Shown here: positions 45,424 to 57,912 of the stretch, piece after piece
Layout: each line of letters opens with the position of its first letter
How positions within the stretch are numbered: position 1 is the first letter of the stretch
NCBI RefSeq assembly: GCF_009914755.1
Contig: NC_060941.1
DNA: 64,000 nucleotides
Direction: 5' to 3' (one strand)
Source of the DNA: the human T2T-CHM13v2.0 reference genome, Homo sapiens
The notes under the pieces: model-generated
The model's database searches: none
Told to the model about the DNA's origin: nothing
What the model saw: the letters and a program-made list of their open reading frames with translations, nothing else
Made by a program: the position numbers and the translations under genes

Positions 45424-46620
45424 CAGGAGTTCTTAAACTTAAGTCCCTAGATCCCCAAGAGGTCAGTGGATACTGGAATTTGAGAGAGAAAAAATGTCCT
45501 CTTTAAAAATTTATTTTTAAGTTTTGCAGGTACACAGTGTGTGTGTGTGTGTGTGTGTATAAAAATATATAAATATAATGGGATACACGAGATGTTTTGA
45601 TACAGGCTTGCAATGTGAAATAAGCACATCATGGAGAATGGCGTATCCACCTCCTCAAACATTTATCCTTTGTGTTACAAACAACCCAACTACACTCTTG
45701 TAGTTATTTTAATGTATACAATTAAATTTTTATTGACCAAAGTTACCCTGTTGTGCTATCAAATAGTAGATCTTGTTCATTCTTTCTAATTTTTTTGTAC
45801 CCATTAACCATCTCCACCTCCCCCCGGCCCCCTGCTACCCTTTCCAGCTTCTGGTAATCACTCTTTTACTCTCTGAGTTTAATTGTTTTGACTTTTAGAT
45901 CACACAAATAAGTGAGGACATGCAATGTTTGTCTGTGCCTGACTTATTTCACCTCACATAATGATCTTCCATTCCATCCATGTTGGTGCAATTGACAGGA
46001 CTGCATTATTTTTCATGGCTGAATAGTACTACACTATGTATGTGTGCCACATTTTCTTTATCCAGTCATCTGCTGATGGACACTTAGGTTGCTCCAAATC
46101 TTAGCTATTGTGAACAGTGCTGCAATAGATATGGGAGTCCAGATATTTCTTCAATATACTGACTTCCTTTCTTTTGGGTATATACCCAGCAGTGGGATTG
46201 CTGGATCATATGGTAGCTCTGTTTTTAGTTTTTTGGAGGAACCTCCAAACTGCTTTCCATGAAAAATGGCCTCTTTATTGTCACTAACCTCTAATTGAAA
46301 GCATTTTTTTCATTATGAATGTAAGCACCAACTATTGTAGTGTTATTGGTATCCACAACTAATTTTCTAATACAAATCAGAAATACTTATTACATCAACT
46401 ATCTCAAAATATTATTTTTACTCATCACTACTTTGTAATTATAGCAGTTATTGGAGCAGCTGAAAGATCTTGTTTTATAATGCATTGATACAGAAGCACA
46501 CATATTACCATATTACAAATTTGTTGTATATTTTATTCAATTACAAACATTATTCAGAGAAGGGTCCATAGCCACACCAGACTGTCAAAGAGGACCACGG
46601 CACAAAAATATTGAGTTGCT
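45424..46620. mobile_element. Charlie4-like hAT element split by an L1MA insertion
   Basis: caggagttcttaaactt... left end; agaagcacacatatt...agaagggtccatag...ccagactgtcaaag...ggcacaaaaa right end. Confidence 0.6.
45506..46261 (-). mobile_element. 5'-truncated L1MA 3' end containing a (TG)n at 45537-45558
   Basis: L1MA 3'UTR; 16-bp TSD aaaaatg(t/g)cctcttta at 45490-45505 and 46262-46277. Confidence 0.88.
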
Positions 46621-46976
46621 GCTCTTGGTGGAAGGAGCTTGGTTCCTGGATGACTGCATGGAGCAGAGTCCTCCCTTCCACCAAAGTCCTGTCATCCCAC
46701 ATTGGGCTATAGTATAAGCAAGGAATAAGCCTTTCTTGTGTTATCTACTGAGATATTGGAGATGTTTGTTAAAGCCATTAGCCCATCCTGACTGGCTGTA
46801 ATTAACCTTGCCAAACCCTTTAATTGTTCTGAGCTTTGGCTTCCAAACTTGCTCTTAGAAAGAATCTTATCCACACAGGATGGCTGGGAGGAGTAAATGG
46901 GAGAACTGGTATGGAAATGCACAACAGATGAAGGGTTTTTTATGGATCATCAAGTGGGGCTGCTTTTTCCCCAAGC

Positions 46977-47163
46977 CAGAGGTCAACAAACTACAATCCA
47001 CATGTTTTTGTAAATAAAGTTTCACTGGAATGCAGCCACACCCATTGGTTTACATATTGTCTGTGCCTGCTTTCATAGCAGAGTTGAGTAGTTGAGACAG
47101 AGATCCTATGATCTGCAAGTCTAAAATATTTGTCTCTTTAAGAGAAAGTTTGCCAACCTCTGC
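46977..47163. mobile_element. MER58-like hAT element
   Basis: cagaggtcaacaaact...tttgtaaataaagttt...agtttgccaacctctg inverted ends. Confidence 0.8.
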
Positions 47164-49614
47164 CCTAGGCCTTACTTTTCTCCTGTAAGTGATGGTGGGG
47201 AGGGATGCATGGCAGACTCTTTATGCAGATAAAAAGCCTGGGAGGATGCTACCCTCCTCAGGCTCAGTGGGATGCCTGAAGCTGGGCACAAGGGAACACA
47301 CAGCATGCCTGCCACCTACGAACACTGGGCCAACTGAATTTAAAGCCAGAACCTGTAGCCCCTTTGTCACTTGCTTGAACTAGTTAACTGTATCGATGCA
47401 TACATGGGTTTGTTTCCTTTGATGAGGTAGGCCGACATCCTCAGATCTAGAAGGCATGCATGGGGCAGAAGACCAAAGCTGGTTTGTCCCATATCTTTGC
47501 AGTGGTACATCCCTTCATATCGGTAGGTAGCAGTGCAGAAGATATGCTCACGCCCAGTCTACAGATAAGGAAACTGAGTCACAGAGGGGTTAAGGGAATA
47601 TAGGAAGGAAACTACCATATAAAGACAAGCATAGTCAAAGAATTTGCCCACCGTGGTGTAATTAGTAAGTGGCAGAGCTGGAATTGTAACCTAGCTTGAT
47701 TCCATGTCCAGCAGTCTATACAACCCAACATTGCTTTCTCCATCATTTTCACTGCTGTTAGTATCATCATCTGACTGCCTTTGTGTAGTGTATGTGTTTG
47801 CCAAGTATAGCTGTGACAAGGCTGCTGCCAGAATGGTCTTTCAAGTGATACAAGTCAACCCTTGTTTATCTCTGCTGTTGAATTGCTGTGTGATCCTAAG
47901 TAAGTCACTTAACCTCTCTGAGCCTCACTCCATTCAACTGTCACGACAGAATTGTAATCCTTATCTTACCTCACTTTGTAATTGGGAACTCATTTAAATA
48001 AGAAAGGAAATAAGTTAGCTGAGTAAATCTTTCTTTTTTAAGTCTGCACTAAAAGAAAGTTATTTTTCTTTGCAATATTCACAAAACTGACAGCTGCCAA
48101 AATTAGCATCTGACTCTTTTTATTTAAGTATATCTTATTTGCTTGTATTACCGCAGCACATCGTAGAATGATGTCCTAAATGCCCTTCCAACGCTGGCAT
48201 TACATCTTTCTAAACCAACCCTTCTTTTAGCTGTTGAAGAAACAAGCATCTAGGGAGGCAAAAGGATTTGCTTTGTGCCTCCTAGGAAGTATGAGCTGAG
48301 ACTAGAACTCTGATCCTTGGTTCCTAGGGCCCTGTGTTCTCCACACTACTTCACTGACTCCTGAAGGAGGGATCGCTTTCGTGATGATGGTTCTCTGAGT
48401 GCAGAAGTCACACCTAATGTGTTCCTTTTCTTTCAGGGTAGATGTGCAACATTAAATTCACCAGCTTTGGCTTCAGAAAGACCTGGGTTTCCATGGTGCC
48501 TCTGCCACTGACAAACCATGGGATATTGGGCTCTTTTATTTCCCTCCTGCAGATTCTTAGCTTCTCCATGTGTAAAACAAGAATAATAATAGCCCTTACC
48601 TCACGGGTGTCAAGAGGTTAAGTAAGATGATGTGGATAAAGCATGTAATGAAGTCCCTGGCATGTAGTAACACTATAAATGCAGCTGTTATCATAGTTAC
48701 TGTTTTAGCTGCCCAACATAAGGCTCCCACATCAAAAGCCTCCTTTGTACAATTTACTCATGGGGCAGGAAAGAGGCTGTGATGTATCATCCTGAGGTCC
48801 ATAAAAAGGATGCTAAAAAAACAAGTCATAAGCAACCATGGCTATCTGCCCAGTTTTATAATTGAGAAAAACAGCATCTTAGAAAATCACTGCTAGTTTA
48901 GGTCTCTTGCTTGGAATTACTAAATGTGAATTTAAATATGTATTTATTTTGTGTGCTGGTGTCAGCAAGTGTGGGTACTGAGGAAACCATCCATATACAC
49001 TTTAAACTTCCTGAGTTAGATCTCTTGTGGATGCCTTCTTTCTGGTCAAGCGTTGGTATTGGCCACTTGATTTAATCTGCACTTGGGGCAGCCTCCTTCC
49101 TGGCCACAGAGCTGATCCTCACCTTGGTGGCTCCCGAGATCCATGGCACCACAAACCCTTACTATGAGATGTCTTGAAGCATTAAGCTTTGATGAAATTA
49201 TGCCCAGGAAACAGGCCTCTTAGCCACTGACAGAGGTCACAGGCTCGCTGGCTTACACAAAACCAAGCTCTTGGCAGAGCCCTGCAGGGATGGGAGCTGT
49301 TTGGGGCTAATTAGCCTCATTAAGAAACTGCTGATGAGCTAATGGAACTGAAATGTGGTCACCTTCTGAAGTCACCTAGCAGATTTGCAGCCTAAAAATA
49401 AAGTAACTTTCCAGCAGTTTCCCAAGGCCCCAAAGCCTGTGCTCATATTTCTTCTAAGAGGAAGTAGTGCAGGTGGGATTCTCTTTCCAGCTGGGCCAGA
49501 GCCTAGAACACGGAGGGGCTTCCAGTCCAGTGAATAACTCTCCCCTCTCTTCCTGTTGCCTCCAGACTCAGCCTCCAGAGCTCTACTCAAATCCTGCTCC
49601 CTACTGGGAAATGT

Positions 49615-49735
49615 ATGCTCTCTGTCTCTGTCTTTCTCTCCCTCTGTTTCTCGATTTCTCTGTCTCTGTCTGCCTGTTCCTCTTTGTTTATCCCCCTCTC
49701 TGTCTCTCCCTTTGTCTCTGTCTCTGTCTGTCCTT
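49615..49735. repeat. Low-complexity (CT/TCTG)-rich tract
   Basis: Direct read. Confidence 0.8.
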
Positions 49736-50329
49736 GTTTGAGGGTTTACTCTGTGCTGAGTTCCCATATACATTTTCTCACTTACTCATTATAAGAACCT
49801 GATGAGGCTGTTACTGCCATTGTTCCTGTAATGTAGATGAGGCACAGAGAGGTTAAATGACTTGTCCCAAGTTCCACAGCTTGCAAGTTGCCAGAATTTG
49901 AACCCAAGAAGTCTGACTCCAGAACATGAACCTGAGCGCCGCCCCCCCCCCCCCAGGTAATACCCCCTTCAACTGTGAGTTCTTAGAATGTTGTTTGCAC
50001 CTACACAATTTCCCACTCCAATGCGTTCTTTTCTTGTGCATGTACAGTGAACCTCCCCAACTGACACACAGTGGGTATTCAGTCAATGTTTGTCGGATGA
50101 CTCATGGGGTATAATCTTCTGAAGGCAATGAACTTGTTTTATAAACCTGGGGATTCCCCTACCCCCCCCCCCAGCCCGCCGATTTTCCTGTACAAAGTTA
50201 AGCTCCTAGTTTGAACCTGTTCTCTCTTTCTATCAGATAGTCTTTTTATTGAGAAAGTTCTTTCTCATGTCTAGATGAAATCTCTGACGCACAAACCCAT
50301 TTCCTGTATTCTGAATCATATTTGAAAAT

Positions 50330-50514
50330 TTCCACTTATACCTGAAGACTACTTAATACCAAGCTACTTTAATAGGGCAGAAAAGCACAGAGCTTAGAGT
50401 CAGAAGACCTAAGTTTGACTCCCGATTCTGTTATCTATTGGCTGTGACCTTTGGCAATTGGCTCTAGATTCTTGAGCTTCAATTTTCTCATTTGTAAAAT
50501 GGGCATACTAGTAT
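50330..50514 (+). repeat. 185-bp donor segment of a local duplication (includes the 5' part of a MIR)
   Basis: Identical base for base to 51494-51678. Confidence 0.95.
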
Positions 50515-50759
50515 CTACTCATTTAGAGCACGTCCCAGAATTAGTGTGAGGGTTATGTTAGATAATACATTGCATCTAACTTGTACATCAGTTATTATTC
50601 TTACCACAAACTGGATGCAGAAGTGTTTCTTTTTGGTAGAATAACTGAGCAGTGATTTATTTTGGATAGCAAATCCAGTAGAAATCTTGAGGATTGTTAC
50701 CCCAGGTGGAACTCCTTAGTAGAAGAGCTGTAGCTGATTAATTTCTTCAAAGATCCATG

Positions 50760-50890
50760 CTCCCTCCCTCCCTTAATTCCTCCCTCCCTCCCTCCCTCCC
50801 TCCCTCCCTCTCTCCCTTCCTTCCTCCCTCCCTCCCTCCCTTCCTTCCTTCCTTCCTTTCCTTCCTCCCTTCCCTCCCTCCCTCCCTCCC
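50760..50890. repeat. (CCCT)n/(CCTT)n polypyrimidine tract
   Basis: About 130 bp of almost pure C/T. Confidence 0.92.
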
Positions 50891-51493
50891 AATATTTATT
50901 GTGCAATGCCAGGTACTAGATGCTAAGTGCTGGATATTCAGGTGCTAGATGCTGGGTAGATGAAACCAAATGAAAAAGCTCCTTCCCTTCATGGGAGCCC
51001 ACAGTTAAAAAGGAAATAGAGACAGGTGAATCCCTAACCACCTTGAAGTAGGCCAAGTGCCATGGACAGGTGGAAAGAGGGAAAGTCAATATTGAACGAC
51101 CATCCACTAAACCTTGGAATCATCACTGACTCCTCAGTTTCTCTTATATCTTGCAGTCCATCTATCTGCAAATCATGCCAGCTTTACTCTCAAATACATC
51201 ATGAATCTGATCATTTGTCGTCTCCCCGCAGCTGCTCCCTTGGTCCAAATGATTACCAGCTCTCCCCAGAACTAATTTGAATAGCCTCCTAATTGGCTTT
51301 CCTGCTTTTACATTCACTCCCATCCAGTCTAGTCTACATCCAGGGGTCAGGAAGAACTTGTAAAAACTGAAGTCAGAACATGTCACTCCTCTGCTCAGAG
51401 CTCCTCAGTGGCTTCTCATTTCACTCAGTGTAAAATCTGAAGTCCTCACAAGGTTCTGGATAATCTGGTCCTGGATACTCTCTGCTCTCTACC

Positions 51494-51678
51494 TTCCACT
51501 TATACCTGAAGACTACTTAATACCAAGCTACTTTAATAGGGCAGAAAAGCACAGAGCTTAGAGTCAGAAGACCTAAGTTTGACTCCCGATTCTGTTATCT
51601 ATTGGCTGTGACCTTTGGCAATTGGCTCTAGATTCTTGAGCTTCAATTTTCTCATTTGTAAAATGGGCATACTAGTAT
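51494..51678 (+). repeat. 185-bp inserted copy of 50330-50514
   Basis: Identical copy interrupting an L2 element. Confidence 0.95.
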
Positions 51679-51888
51679 GACCTGTGGTCACCCCTTTCCA
51701 GCCCAGCCCACACACATCAGCCTCCTTGCTTGGCCCTGATGACTTCCAGCACACACTCACCTGAGAGTTTTTACAGAGACTTTGACACCAATCCTGGCCT
51801 AGACTATCCTTTCTACAGATATACACATAGATCATCCCTCACTTTCTTTAGGCCTTTGCTCATATCTCATATTAAAAACCCCATCCTT

Positions 51889-52163
51889 GGCCAGGTGTGG
51901 TGGCTCACACCTGTAATCCAAGCAGTTTGGGAGGCTGAGGCAGGCAGATCACCTGAGGTCACCACAACTAGCCTGGCCAACATTGAAAACTCTGTCTCTA
52001 CTAATAATACAAAAATTAGCTGGGTGTGGTGGCGTGTGCCTGTAATCCCAGCTACTCAGGAGGCTGAGACATGAGAATAGCTCGAACTGGGAGGGAGAGG
52101 TTGCATGAGCCAGGATCCACCACTGCACTCCAGCCTGGGTGACAGAGCAAGACTTTGTCTCAA

Positions 52164-52195
<32 letters not shown>

Positions 52196-52210
52196 AAACA
52201 AACAAAAAAC
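51889..52210 (+). mobile_element. Alu (AluS-like) with (CAAAA)n tail
   Basis: TSD-like aaaaaccccatcctt (51874-51888) / aaaaaaaccatcctt (52211-52225). Confidence 0.92.
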
Positions 52211-54090
52211 AAAAAAACCATCCTTGACCACACTCACTCATTATTACTACCTGCATTCTCCCATTATTACTACTCTCCTGCTTAATTTTTCTGGACATAT
52301 ATAAATTGTTTAGGTGTTTACTGTCCTTCACTCCATTAGAATGGAATCTGGTTTGGTTCAGTATTTCTAGTAACTGTAACAGTGTCTGGCACATAGTAGG
52401 TACTCAATAAATGTAAGTAGGAAGAATGCGTAGCATGGTGCACTAGAGACACATAAAAGGGGGCATCTAACTGGACTTGGTCATGGGTCCCTCTTGGAAA
52501 TCTGCTCTAGGTTTTGAAGAATTGAAAGGTGTTAGGCAGGCAGAAAAGGAGGGAAGAAGGTATTTGATGGGGGGTCCAAATATCATGTGAGAAGACTCAA
52601 ACGAATGAAAGGTCATGATTCATTTGTGAAATTTTTGGTGCTTCTAGATGGAATGACAGCCAGAATCCTTCTACAATGGCCTAAGGAGGAGACACAGCCT
52701 TACTCAACTGCCCTCCCCCACCCACTTTTGCTGCTTAATAATCCACTAGAGGTTTTATCAACAGAGAGATTTTAAACATTTCCCCAAGCCCTGCCTTTTC
52801 TAACCTGGGCAGCGCTTTATTTATTTACTTATTTTACTTTTGTTTTCCTTTTTGTGTTTTCTCTGATTTTTAACAGACATCGAAAGTCCAGATGAAGAAG
52901 AGGGATCTTTCCTTTCTTTACATGTTGCTGTGCTGAAAGCCAACAGCCAGGAAAGGAGTTAGCGAAATGCCCAGGCGGTCACATCAGAACCTCAGCAAAG
53001 GGCCACATGGCTGGGCCAGGACAGATCAGCAGACTCCAGGAAGCCACGGTGGGTGTATGCACTCAAGTCACTGCAGTTCAGAGTAAGGAGCAGCCCTCCA
53101 GTTCCAGCCAAGGGCGACGGCTTTGCTGGTGTCCTCTACTCGTGGTTGGACGCTGCTTTGGAAAGGAATCATGTTCACTTTGGATACCAACTGCCAAGGG
53201 GCTGCTTTCCAGTTCTGCCCATCATTTTTACTCTCTTCTGCATATCTGGGTTCTCCTCTGTTCTCTCGGGAAGGAACAGGATGAAGCCTAGTTGTGCTCA
53301 CTGTAGAGGGAGAACAGGGTGGAACTTTTCTGATTACTCCATTTTCCAGGTCTCAGAGCCAGAGACCTTCATGCTCCCACAGCTGAACCAGTGGATGATG
53401 ACAACTCTTAAGACTTGAACACTGTGTCTGTGCAGTTAGTGCTCTTAGTGGTAGAATTGTTAGAACTGCCCAGAGTTCTGGAGTTTCAGCTTCATAGGTA
53501 GCAGCATAGCCATGTCTGTGGGTCCCAACCTGTCATTCCAAACTTTTCTTTTTCTAGCTAGAGCAACATAAATCATTTATTAAGTAATTAGGCTATGTTA
53601 GGCATTGTGACACATTAGACATAACTGTCTCACTTATTCCTCTTTATAACCTTTCTCAAAGCTTGTCCTTCTTTCTTACCCCTCTCTGCTGCCATCACTG
53701 TCACTCCACCCTGGTTTATTTTTCTTCTAAGCATTTACCATAACTAGGCTACATGATATTTCATATTATTTTTACTGATCATTGCTCTCTCAAACTAAGA
53801 TGAAAACATCATAACAATAGAGATGTTTTGTTTTGTTAACTTATATTGCCTATGCCTCAATAACATAATAGGTGCTCAATAAATATTTGTTGGTAGATGA
53901 ATGAACATATGAGTTAGGTTTCATGGCTCTTTTACTGAGAAATAAACCAAACGTTTAAAAAGGAGATAAATTACCCATGGTAACGTATTCAGGATGTGGC
54001 TGGGATCAGATCTGAGCCAGGATTTAAGCTTGTGCCAGATGAGTTCAAAGATCTCATTTAATACATCCCTTCAGGTAGTTTACACTCTAG

Positions 54091-54374
54091 CAGGGCCAGG
54101 GATTGGCTGGTGTGGGGAAGAGAGGCACCCATCTCCCTGCACAATTTCAAAAGGCACCAACATTCAATAATCAAAATAAATAACATTGTAATGTACTTAA
54201 AATAAATAACTTGCAACGTGCTTAAAATAACTTGTAATGTACTTAAAAATTCAGAAGTTTTAATGCCAAAAACCCTAGGATGAACAAAACTTTAAAACTT
54301 TAAATAAAGGCAAGATCAGTCTTATTGATTTTTCCCTTTTGCCTCAGACTTCAATATGGCTCAGACCAGCACTG
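54091..54374. mobile_element. MER96B-like hAT element
   Basis: cagggccaggga...aataatcaaaataaataa...ttttgcctcagacttcaatatggctcagaccagcactg. Confidence 0.65.
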
Positions 54375-54569
54375 ATCTCATCCTTGTTTAAAACGATAAC
54401 ACCCTGACCCCAGCCCTGCACTCTAATCATAGTTATGCGTTGAATCTTTTATTCTTTGGGCATTTCCTCCCTCCAGGCCTTTGGGCAACTGCTCCTAGAC
54501 TTTGGGATATCGGCCTCTTGAAATATGTGCACGTTTGTGTGTTTTATCTATATTCTTAAACTATGGTGG

Positions 54570-55050
54570 ACTGATCATATACCACTGTGTGACATCTCTC
54601 ACTGTTGCTTCATAAATTCTGACTTCCTCACTTTACTAAGCAATGGCCATTTGCAGGCGTGGCCTTGGCAGCGGTGCTGGCTAGCCGCTGGTTCGGTTTG
54701 TTAGTACCACTGTCTATACTGCCTGCTGTTTAACTTTCGGATCATTTTGTTGCATTTTCTTTATTATTTAGTGATCATGAGTGGAAAACAAAAATGAAAG
54801 AGCTGAATCTAGCAAGAGGAAGCGTAAGTCTGCCAATCTAATCTAATAGGAACAAAAATGGAAATCATTAGCCATGTCAAAACAATGCTTTCTCAGCTCA
54901 ATCAGAGCCTCGCTGCATTTTCCTGTTGACTGTGTGTCCACATGTGTAAGAAAAGAAGAGGATTAAAGAATGCATAAAACTGCTGAAGGTATATTATCGA
55001 AAACTGTGTCAAAAGCTGAAGTTAAATTAGGCTTTGATGCTTTTTTCCTT
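54570..55050 (+). mobile_element. Ancient Tigger internal fragment with a decayed transposase N-terminus
   Basis: Frameshifted translation MSGKQK..SKRKRKS..TKMEIISHVK..LSSIRASL..TVC..EKKRIKECIK resembles the CENP-B/Tigger psq-type HTH. Confidence 0.6.
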
Positions 55051-55119
55051 CTTTTTTTTTTAACTCTGCTGGGACCATCTTTGTAACATTATTAAAATTA
55101 TTAATGTAGAATATACTCT

Positions 55120-55340
55120 TTACCAGGCCCTCTTCTCAGCACTGCTCATGAATTAACTTATGTAATCCCATAAGAACCCTATGGGGTGTGAACCTTGTCT
55201 GTTTTATATGTGCTGCCTATTATAGATGAAAAAGCAGGCACAGAGAGGTTAAGTAACTTGCCCAAGGTCACACAGCTAGTGAGCATCAGAGCACGGACTT
55301 AACCCAGTTAGTCTGACTTCAGAATTCCATCTTTTGAACC
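55120..55340 (-). mobile_element. MIR SINE
   Basis: ggcacagagaggttaagtaacttgcccaaggtcacacagctagtgag, a near-consensus core. Confidence 0.85.
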
Positions 55341-56314
55341 AGGAACACCAAACCTGTTACACAACATGTACATCAACTGGACTTCACATATTTCACTTTT
55401 GCACGTTTCTGTTTTCAATTGCATACTCATTACATACAAACATAGTGTCTTGCCTATGACTCTCTCCCATTTTTGCTCATCCTAACCTTTGCCTTTTCTA
55501 AGGCTCAGATAAAAGCTACCTCTTCCATGATAAAGGAAACACAACAAAATGATTCGAACGTTGCACAACAGGCAGTATAGACGGTGGCTCGGACAGACTG
55601 AACCAGTTGCCTTCCCTGATACTCCAAGATAGGACTTCTGTATCAATCTTAGCATGCCCATATGCCCATAGCACTTAATTTCTCAATTTTCTCAGCGTAC
55701 TTTATTGTTCTTTCACTCTACGCACTTATAATCTGTCTTAATACATTGTGTGTATTTCATCTTTGCATTGTGCAAAATAGCAATGGTAATAACTACTTGC
55801 TGAAGTGGGTACAGAGGAATGGGGCCTGCCCAGTAGAATGGCCTTTCAGCTCCTGGGAGGCCTGAGGTTTCTGTGGATTTTCTATGACCTTTTTATACTG
55901 CGGATGGAAATTATAAAGTGCTATATACACGTGGAAGAACTGAAGTGTACTATCTACTGGAAAGTGAAGCAGCAAGTGACTAATGACAACGTCCTTTCAT
56001 GGAGATGACCCTTCTGGGACACCGTCAGCAAAGTTCATCATTGACATGGTGGAAATTGCACCAGGTTGGTTCCGGGAAATTCTGCCTTCAGGTTCCAACG
56101 TGACCTTTCCAGCTCCAACGTGAGGAAAGCAGCTTCTTCTTGTGTAAAATATGGATAATTACTCCTGCTCTGTGTACCTCACGGGCTGTTGTGACAGCAA
56201 ATGAAAGATGATATGAAAGGACTTCATAAGCTATGAAGCAATGAGGCAGTTGGAAGGTGACCAGATTTTCCCTGGGTGGATTTAATCATGCTTAATTCAT
56301 TTTCCATGCATCCT

Positions 56315-56775
56315 TCAGAGCCCTGCTTGTGTGGACATTCAGAGTTACCCCTAGCTCCTGCCTCCACTCTTTCCCACCTGTTTCTCCTCTGGGAGGCCGG
56401 CCTTTAGGGTCAGCAGTGGCTCCCTTACTCTCAGGCTGCTAGTTGGGTTTGGCCAATGAGGGGCCCTGGCAGGAGACTGGAGTGAGGAAGGAATAAGAAG
56501 CCAGGGTATTTATTCTATTGTCCTCTCCCTACTCAGGGTCTCATTGGTCTGGCTATGTCCCTCAACTGAGGTCACTGCTGCCCTCAAGGCAGCCCTCTCT
56601 ACCTAGCCCTCTCATTCAAATAGCTAAAGGCAGTGACAGCCAGTGCTGGACACTGCATTCTCCCTGTGGTTTCTCTACACCCTGCACACACGTTTGCAAA
56701 CAGTCCCTCTACCAAACTCGCCTCAAGTTCTCCTAATAAGTGCTATCATTTCCTACTGGGACCCTCATGATTCAT
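56315..56775 (+). mobile_element. LTR16-like ERVL LTR
   Basis: gttgggtttggccaatgaggggccctggcaggagactggag...atttcctactgggaccct...tgattca. Confidence 0.7.
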
Positions 56776-57073
56776 CTCCTCAAGGTTTTACTTTCTTTAT
56801 GAGGCCTTCCTAGCAAACCTGGACCCAGCAGACAGCTACTCCACCTGGCACTGAACTCAAAGCTCTCACCGTTTTTACCAGTTTTGGCAAAGTGAATACC
56901 ATGGAACATTCAATCTAATGGATAGTAGTGACATAAAAATTATTTTCCAATACCTTTGGGAGACACAAAGTTAAACAGACTATATCACTACCACCCCCTT
57001 TTATTTTCAATCTGCAGGACTTCTCAGAGCATTTCATTTGCTTTTGTGCATACTATGCACCACTAGGAGAGAA

Positions 57074-57126
57074 ACACGCACACACACACACACACACACA
57101 TACACACACACATACACACACACACA
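57074..57126. repeat. Interrupted (CA)n microsatellite
   Basis: Direct read. Confidence 0.9.
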
Positions 57127-57489
57127 ATTAAACTGTAAGAAGCCTATTATAAAATGTATCACTAAAGATGTTAAAATGTGAAAAAATGTTGGTCTTAGAA
57201 TTGATGGAATATGATAACATGTAGACATTACAAGCTTTCTTACTTGAGGAACACTTTTTGGAAAGAAAATCTCACAGAACTAGAGCTTTAGGGACATATT
57301 TTGGCAAACTCTTACACCTTTTACTAGCTAACAGCATACACAGTGTCTATATATTTATTTCATGATTGCATTAAAGTAGCTATAGATGATTAATCTCTTG
57401 CTGGCAGGTAATCGTTACTAGTCCCATCTTTAGACATAGAGTTAACACATCCTATGGGCTCTGTGAGTACTTGGTGGTTGAGGAGGCTC

Positions 57490-57912
57490 TGTGGCACAGA
57501 CTGGCTAGCTCTTTACCAAGCCTGGTTCTGTTTCCTCCTGTACACAAAATGAACTGCATCTCCCAGCTTTCCTTAAACTTAGGTTTGGCCATGGGAGTTC
57601 TGGCTAACAGAATGTAGTCAGAAATAATGTGGACCACCTTCAAGCCTGGCCCATAAAACTCTCCCCTTTTTGTTCTCTTCTCTCATATGCTGGCAGGATG
57701 TCAACACCCAGGACAAACTTGGAAACCTTGCATTGAAGATGGCAGCCACTTCTTCAGCCTCCATCTCTGAATACATGAACTTCCACTACACCCCTCTTCC
57801 CATTGCCACTGTTTGGACTTAGAGTGAGCAAGAAATAAATTTCTACTGTACAAAGTCACTGAGATTGTAGAATTCATCTGTTACTGTGTCTGGTGTTGTA
57901 CAAACTAACACA
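57490..57912 (+). mobile_element. MLT1I-like MaLR LTR
   Basis: tgtggcacagactggctag...ccaccttcaagcctggcccataaaa...agaaataaa...actaacaca. Confidence 0.7.

Larger units (their letters stand above)
51100..52415 (+). mobile_element. L2 LINE 3' region, interrupted by the 185-bp copy and an Alu
   Basis: L2 body motifs (catgtcactcctctgctcaga...tggcttctcatttcactcag) and tail agtgtctggcacatagtaggtactcaataaat. Confidence 0.8.

Noticed and set aside
49372-49802. RD/RE-rich and LSL-rich ORFs; likewise the GREG-rich ORF at 50697-50948
   Set aside because: Products of simple-sequence repeats.
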